Shown here piece after piece: positions 60,635-64,000 of a DNA stretch of 64,000 nt (position 1 is the first letter of the stretch; each line of letters opens with the position of its first letter). Position numbers and translations under genes: made by a program. Source of the DNA: an uncultured delta proteobacterium (GTDB lineage: Bacteria; Desulfobacterota; Syntrophobacteria; Syntrophobacterales; Syntrophobacteraceae); assembly GCA_963808625.1 (NCBI GenBank), contig CAWEHK010000018.1:128001-192000 (forward strand), in the 5' to 3' direction. The notes below the pieces were generated by a model, which was given only the letters and a program-made list of their open reading frames with translations, had not been told where the DNA came from and did no database searches.

Positions 60635-61402
60635 ATGCGAATCAGAGTTCTTGGATCCTCCGGTTCCGAAGTCCCGGGACACAATCCTCCCGCCTTTCTC
60701 GTCGACGATTTCCTCCTCCTGGATGCCGGGACGGTATCGCTTTCCCTGGGGCGTGAAGCGCAGTGCCAAATTACCCATATTTTCCTCACCCATGCACATT
60801 TCGATCACATCAAAGCGATTCCCTTCCTGGTGGATAACATCGTCTCAAGCGACCAGGGTTGCCAGTTGCTCATTCTAAGCGGCAAGGAAGTGATCGAGGA
60901 CCTCAAAAGGAATATCTTCAACGACCGGATATGGCCCGACTTCACCAATCTGCCCGACTCCCGCCATCCCGTGATTCGCTTTCAAGAGATACTCCCCGGG
61001 GAACCCGTTGCGGTGAGGGGCTACCGGGTGCATTCGACGACCGTCGATCACAGTGTTCCCGCATACGGGTATTTGATCGAGAATTCCTCAAAAGTCGCCG
61101 TGGTCTATACCGGTGACACCGGTCCCACGGAGAACTTGTGGAGACTCATGAGCGAGCACCGGGTAAAGGCACTTATCATTGAGGTCTCATTCCCCGACGA
61201 GATGCAGCCGCTGGCTCTGGCTTCAGGGCATCTCACCCCTTCACTGCTCGCTCTGGAGATCCGGAAGATGCAGACTATCCCGGAGAAGATCTACATCACA
61301 CACCTCAAGCCTTTTTACCGGGACACCATTAAGAACCAACTCTCGAACTTGAACCATCCCGGCATTGAAGTGCTGGAAGATGGCATGGTACTTTCCTTCT
61401 AA
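60635..61402 (+). CDS. Metallo-beta-lactamase fold hydrolase (class II cyclic-nucleotide phosphodiesterase-like)
   Basis: LGSSGS, LDAGT, THAHFDH, FNDRIWPDF, SGHLTP and THLKP motifs. Confidence 0.85.
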   Translation: MRIRVLGSSGSEVPGHNPPAFLVDDFLLLDAGTVSLSLGREAQCQITHIFLTHAHFDHIKAIPFLVDNIVSSDQGCQLLILSGKEVIEDLKRNIFNDRIWPDFTNLPDSRHPVIRFQEILPGEPVAVRGYRVHSTTVDHSVPAYGYLIENSSKVAVVYTGDTGPTENLWRLMSEHRVKALIIEVSFPDEMQPLALASGHLTPSLLALEIRKMQTIPEKIYITHLKPFYRDTIKNQLSNLNHPGIEVLEDGMVLSF

Positions 61403-61447
61403 CATTACACGGCAAGAGCAGAGGCCGAAACCGCCGCTCCCGCCTCC

Positions 61448-62596
61448 CTACCGAAGCAACTCGCGCGCGATGATCAGGCGCTGGATTTCGCTGGTTCCCT
61501 CATAGATTGTCGTCACACGCACATCACGGAAATGGCGCTCCAGGGGAAACTCCTGCGTGTAACCATACCCTCCCAGAATCTGCATGGCATCGTAGCAGGC
61601 CTTGTTGGCCGCCTCCGTGGCAAAGAGCTTGGCCATGGAAGCCTCCTTGGCGAAGTATTTCTTCTGATCCTTCAGAAAAGCGGCCCGCAGCAGCAGCAAC
61701 TGTGCCGCTTCAAGGCGCGTGTAATTGTCCGCAATCATCATTTGCGTAGCCTGGTGGCTGGCGATGGGAACGTCGAACTGGACCCGATCTTTGGCGTATT
61801 CCGTGGCAAAATCCATGGCGGCCAGCCCGATGCCGAGAGCCATCGAGCCAATACCGATACGCCCGCCCGACAGCTCCGATACGGCTATACGGAAACCATC
61901 ATTCACGACACCCAGAAGATTTCTGTTTGGAATACGGCAATCCTGGAAGTATAGATCGTTGGCCGGGGAGGCCAACTGTCCGAGTTTCTTTTCATCCTTC
62001 CCCACCCAAAAACCCGGGAATGAGCGCTCAACCAGGAAGGCACTGATGCCTTTCCCTTTGGGAGCAGCTTTGTCAGTCACCGCCCAAACCACGAACAGTT
62101 CGGCGAATTCAGCGCTGGTGATGAAAATCTTGTGGCCATTCAGTACCCAATGATCCCCATCCCGAGCAGCGCTCATGCGCATCGCCGCGGGGTCCGACCC
62201 GGCACCCGTTTCGGTCAAGCCAAAGCTGCCCGCAACAAACTCACCGCTGCACAACGGCGGGAGATACTTCTCTTTCTGTTGTTCATCGCCAAACGCATGA
62301 ATCACTTCCGCAACCATGTTGGTAACGGCAATCGTCACAGCCGTGGAGGCACATCCTCGACCCAGTTCCGTCATAACCAGGGAAAAGGCCACGGCTCCGG
62401 CTCCCGTCCCTCCGTATTCGGGATCCACATTGAGACCCATGAAACCCAGTTCCGCAAGCTGCTTCGAAACGCTTTTCAATCTCTCACGGTCTTTGGTCTG
62501 GTCCAGTTTCGCTGCCATCGGCGCCAGTTCCAGTTTGGCAAACTTCGCAGCGGTGGCTTGAATGATTCTTTGCTCTTGGGTCAGGCTAAAGTCCAT
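61448..62596 (-). CDS. Acyl-CoA dehydrogenase
   Basis: LTETGAGSD, NGHKIFIT and [17 protein letters not shown] motifs. Confidence 0.93.
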   Translation of the reverse strand: MDFSLTQEQRIIQATAAKFAKLELAPMAAKLDQTKDRERLKSVSKQLAELGFMGLNVDPEYGGTGAGAVAFSLVMTELGRGCASTAVTIAVTNMVAEVIHAFGDEQQKEKYLPPLCSGEFVAGSFGLTETGAGSDPAAMRMSAARDGDHWVLNGHKIFITSAEFAELFVVWAVTDKAAPKGKGISAFLVERSFPGFWVGKDEKKLGQLASPANDLYFQDCRIPNRNLLGVVNDGFRIAVSELSGGRIGIGSMALGIGLAAMDFATEYAKDRVQFDVPIASHQATQMMIADNYTRLEAAQLLLLRAAFLKDQKKYFAKEASMAKLFATEAANKACYDAMQILGGYGYTQEFPLERHFRDVRVTTIYEGTSEIQRLIIARELLR

Positions 62597-62658
62597 AACG
62601 CTGACTCTTGTTCCTGCAAACTCTTCCCGGCTCGCCGACAACAATCGCACAAGGACGG

Positions 62659-63801
62659 CTACGAGAGCATAAGGCTATCGGCAATAGTCCCTCTCATGGC
62701 TTCCGGAGTGCCTTCACACATCTCCATCATCTTGGCATCGCGATAGAGGCGTTCGACTTTCTGGCCCTTTATGGTTCCAATACCGCCGTGAATCTGGACC
62801 GCCCTGTCGGTTTGCTCCACCGCCGTCGTCGAAGCCATGAGCTTTGCCATGGCGGCTTCCTGACGGTAAGGCAACCCGCGATCATAACACCATGCGGCAT
62901 GGTAGGTCAGGTATCTGGAAATCTCCACTTCCGTGGCCATATTGGCAAGCATCCACTGGATTGCCTGAAAGCTGCTGATCGGCTTGTCAAACTGGACTCT
63001 TTCCTTGGAATAGCGGACGGACTCGTCCAGGGCCGCCTCGGCGATACCCAGCGCCTGAGCGGCAATGCCGATCCGGCAACCGTCAAGGGTTGTCATGGCG
63101 ATCACGGCGCCTTCTCCTTCGCGACCCAGAAGGTTCTCTTTGGGGATGCGGCAGTCTTCCAGAACGACCGCTGAGGACGGAGCGCCGCGGATACCCAACT
63201 TGTTCGCCCGTTCCGCGACCGAAATTCCCGGTGTGTCTGCAGGGATGATGAAGACACTGAGTCCCTCGGTTCCCTTTGATTTATCGGTCGCGGCAAGGAC
63301 GATGAAAACCCCCGCCACCGGGGCGTTGGCAACAAACGCTTTGACGCCGTTCAGCACATACCCGTTGCCACCCGGGACCGCTGTCGCAGTCATCGCACTG
63401 AAATCGGCACCGACTCCGGGTTCGGTCAAAGCGAACGCTCCCAGCATTTCCCCTTTGCACAGGGGCACAAGGTACTTCTTTTTTTGCGCTTCGCTGCCGA
63501 ACTTATACAAGGGAAAACATGCCAGGGAGGTGTTGACCTCGACAATGAAGCCGGTGGCCGCGCAAGCGCGGGAAAGCTCCTCGACGGCTATGATATGAGT
63601 GAGGTAGTCGGCCCCGGCTCCCCCGTATTCTTCAGGATAGGGAATGCCCAACCAGTCCTGCTCGGCCAGCCTCTTAACGGTTTCGGAGGGGAAACGAAGC
63701 TCCTGATCAACCGCATCCGCCATGGGTTCCACGTACTTTTCACAAAACTCTCTGACACTGGCTCGGACCAACTGCTGTTCTTCCGTTAATTCTAAATCCA
63801 T
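62659..63801 (-). CDS. Acyl-CoA dehydrogenase (butyryl-CoA DH-like, with degenerate motifs)
   Basis: GAFALTEP, RIGIAAQALG and FQAIQWMLA motifs, with a divergent C-terminal motif. Confidence 0.9.
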   Translation of the reverse strand: MDLELTEEQQLVRASVREFCEKYVEPMADAVDQELRFPSETVKRLAEQDWLGIPYPEEYGGAGADYLTHIIAVEELSRACAATGFIVEVNTSLACFPLYKFGSEAQKKKYLVPLCKGEMLGAFALTEPGVGADFSAMTATAVPGGNGYVLNGVKAFVANAPVAGVFIVLAATDKSKGTEGLSVFIIPADTPGISVAERANKLGIRGAPSSAVVLEDCRIPKENLLGREGEGAVIAMTTLDGCRIGIAAQALGIAEAALDESVRYSKERVQFDKPISSFQAIQWMLANMATEVEISRYLTYHAAWCYDRGLPYRQEAAMAKLMASTTAVEQTDRAVQIHGGIGTIKGQKVERLYRDAKMMEMCEGTPEAMRGTIADSLMLS

Positions 63802-63864
63802 ATTAACCTCCGCCTTGGAAAACGAACAAGGTTGTGCGGGCTATCGCAAGGAACCACCCTTTCT

Positions 63865-64000
63865 TCATCGCAGAATTTCGCGAGCGATGATGAGGCGCTG
63901 AATTTCGCTGGTTCCCTCATAGATTGAAGTCACGCGCACATCGCGGTAAAAACGTTCCACGGGACAGCCATCCGTGTAGCCGGAATCGCCGAGCATGAGC
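63865..64000 (-). CDS. Acyl-CoA dehydrogenase, C-terminal fragment (runs off the window)
   Basis: Manual translation [44 protein letters not shown]. Confidence 0.9.
   Translation of the reverse strand, partial: LMLGDSGYTDGCPVERFYRDVRVTSIYEGTSEIQRLIIAREILR

Noticed and set aside
1..64000. CRISPR array, tRNA/rRNA, transposase or prophage genes
   Set aside because: No regularly spaced direct repeats, RNA gene signatures or mobile-element proteins were recognised by eye.

Overview
A GC-rich bacterial chromosomal segment. Gene content (TPAT transporter, CooC, DUF3786, hopanoid hpnIJK, FolE2, second dnaA) suggests an anaerobic deltaproteobacterium such as Syntrophobacteria; this taxonomy is inference. 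Most of it is housekeeping or metabolic: pyrF, serA, livKHMGF, csp, cysK, DinG, PBP1A, thiC with a TPP riboswitch, a sigma-54 two-component locus, hopanoid-modification genes, ihfA, ddl, folE2 and four acyl-CoA dehydrogenases. The standout is a gene missing from the ORF track at 25877..26191. It encodes a 104-aa peptide with three in-frame UGA codons, each in an S-G-UGA-G motif and each followed at nearly the same spacing by a SECIS-like hairpin, directly upstream of a radical SAM/SPASM maturase. This reads as a triple-selenocysteine SbtA/SbtM-type (thio/selenooxazole) RiPP system. About 11 small indels (mostly single-base) break otherwise intact genes across the window and are most likely sequencing errors. 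No rRNA, tRNA, CRISPR array or transposase was seen.
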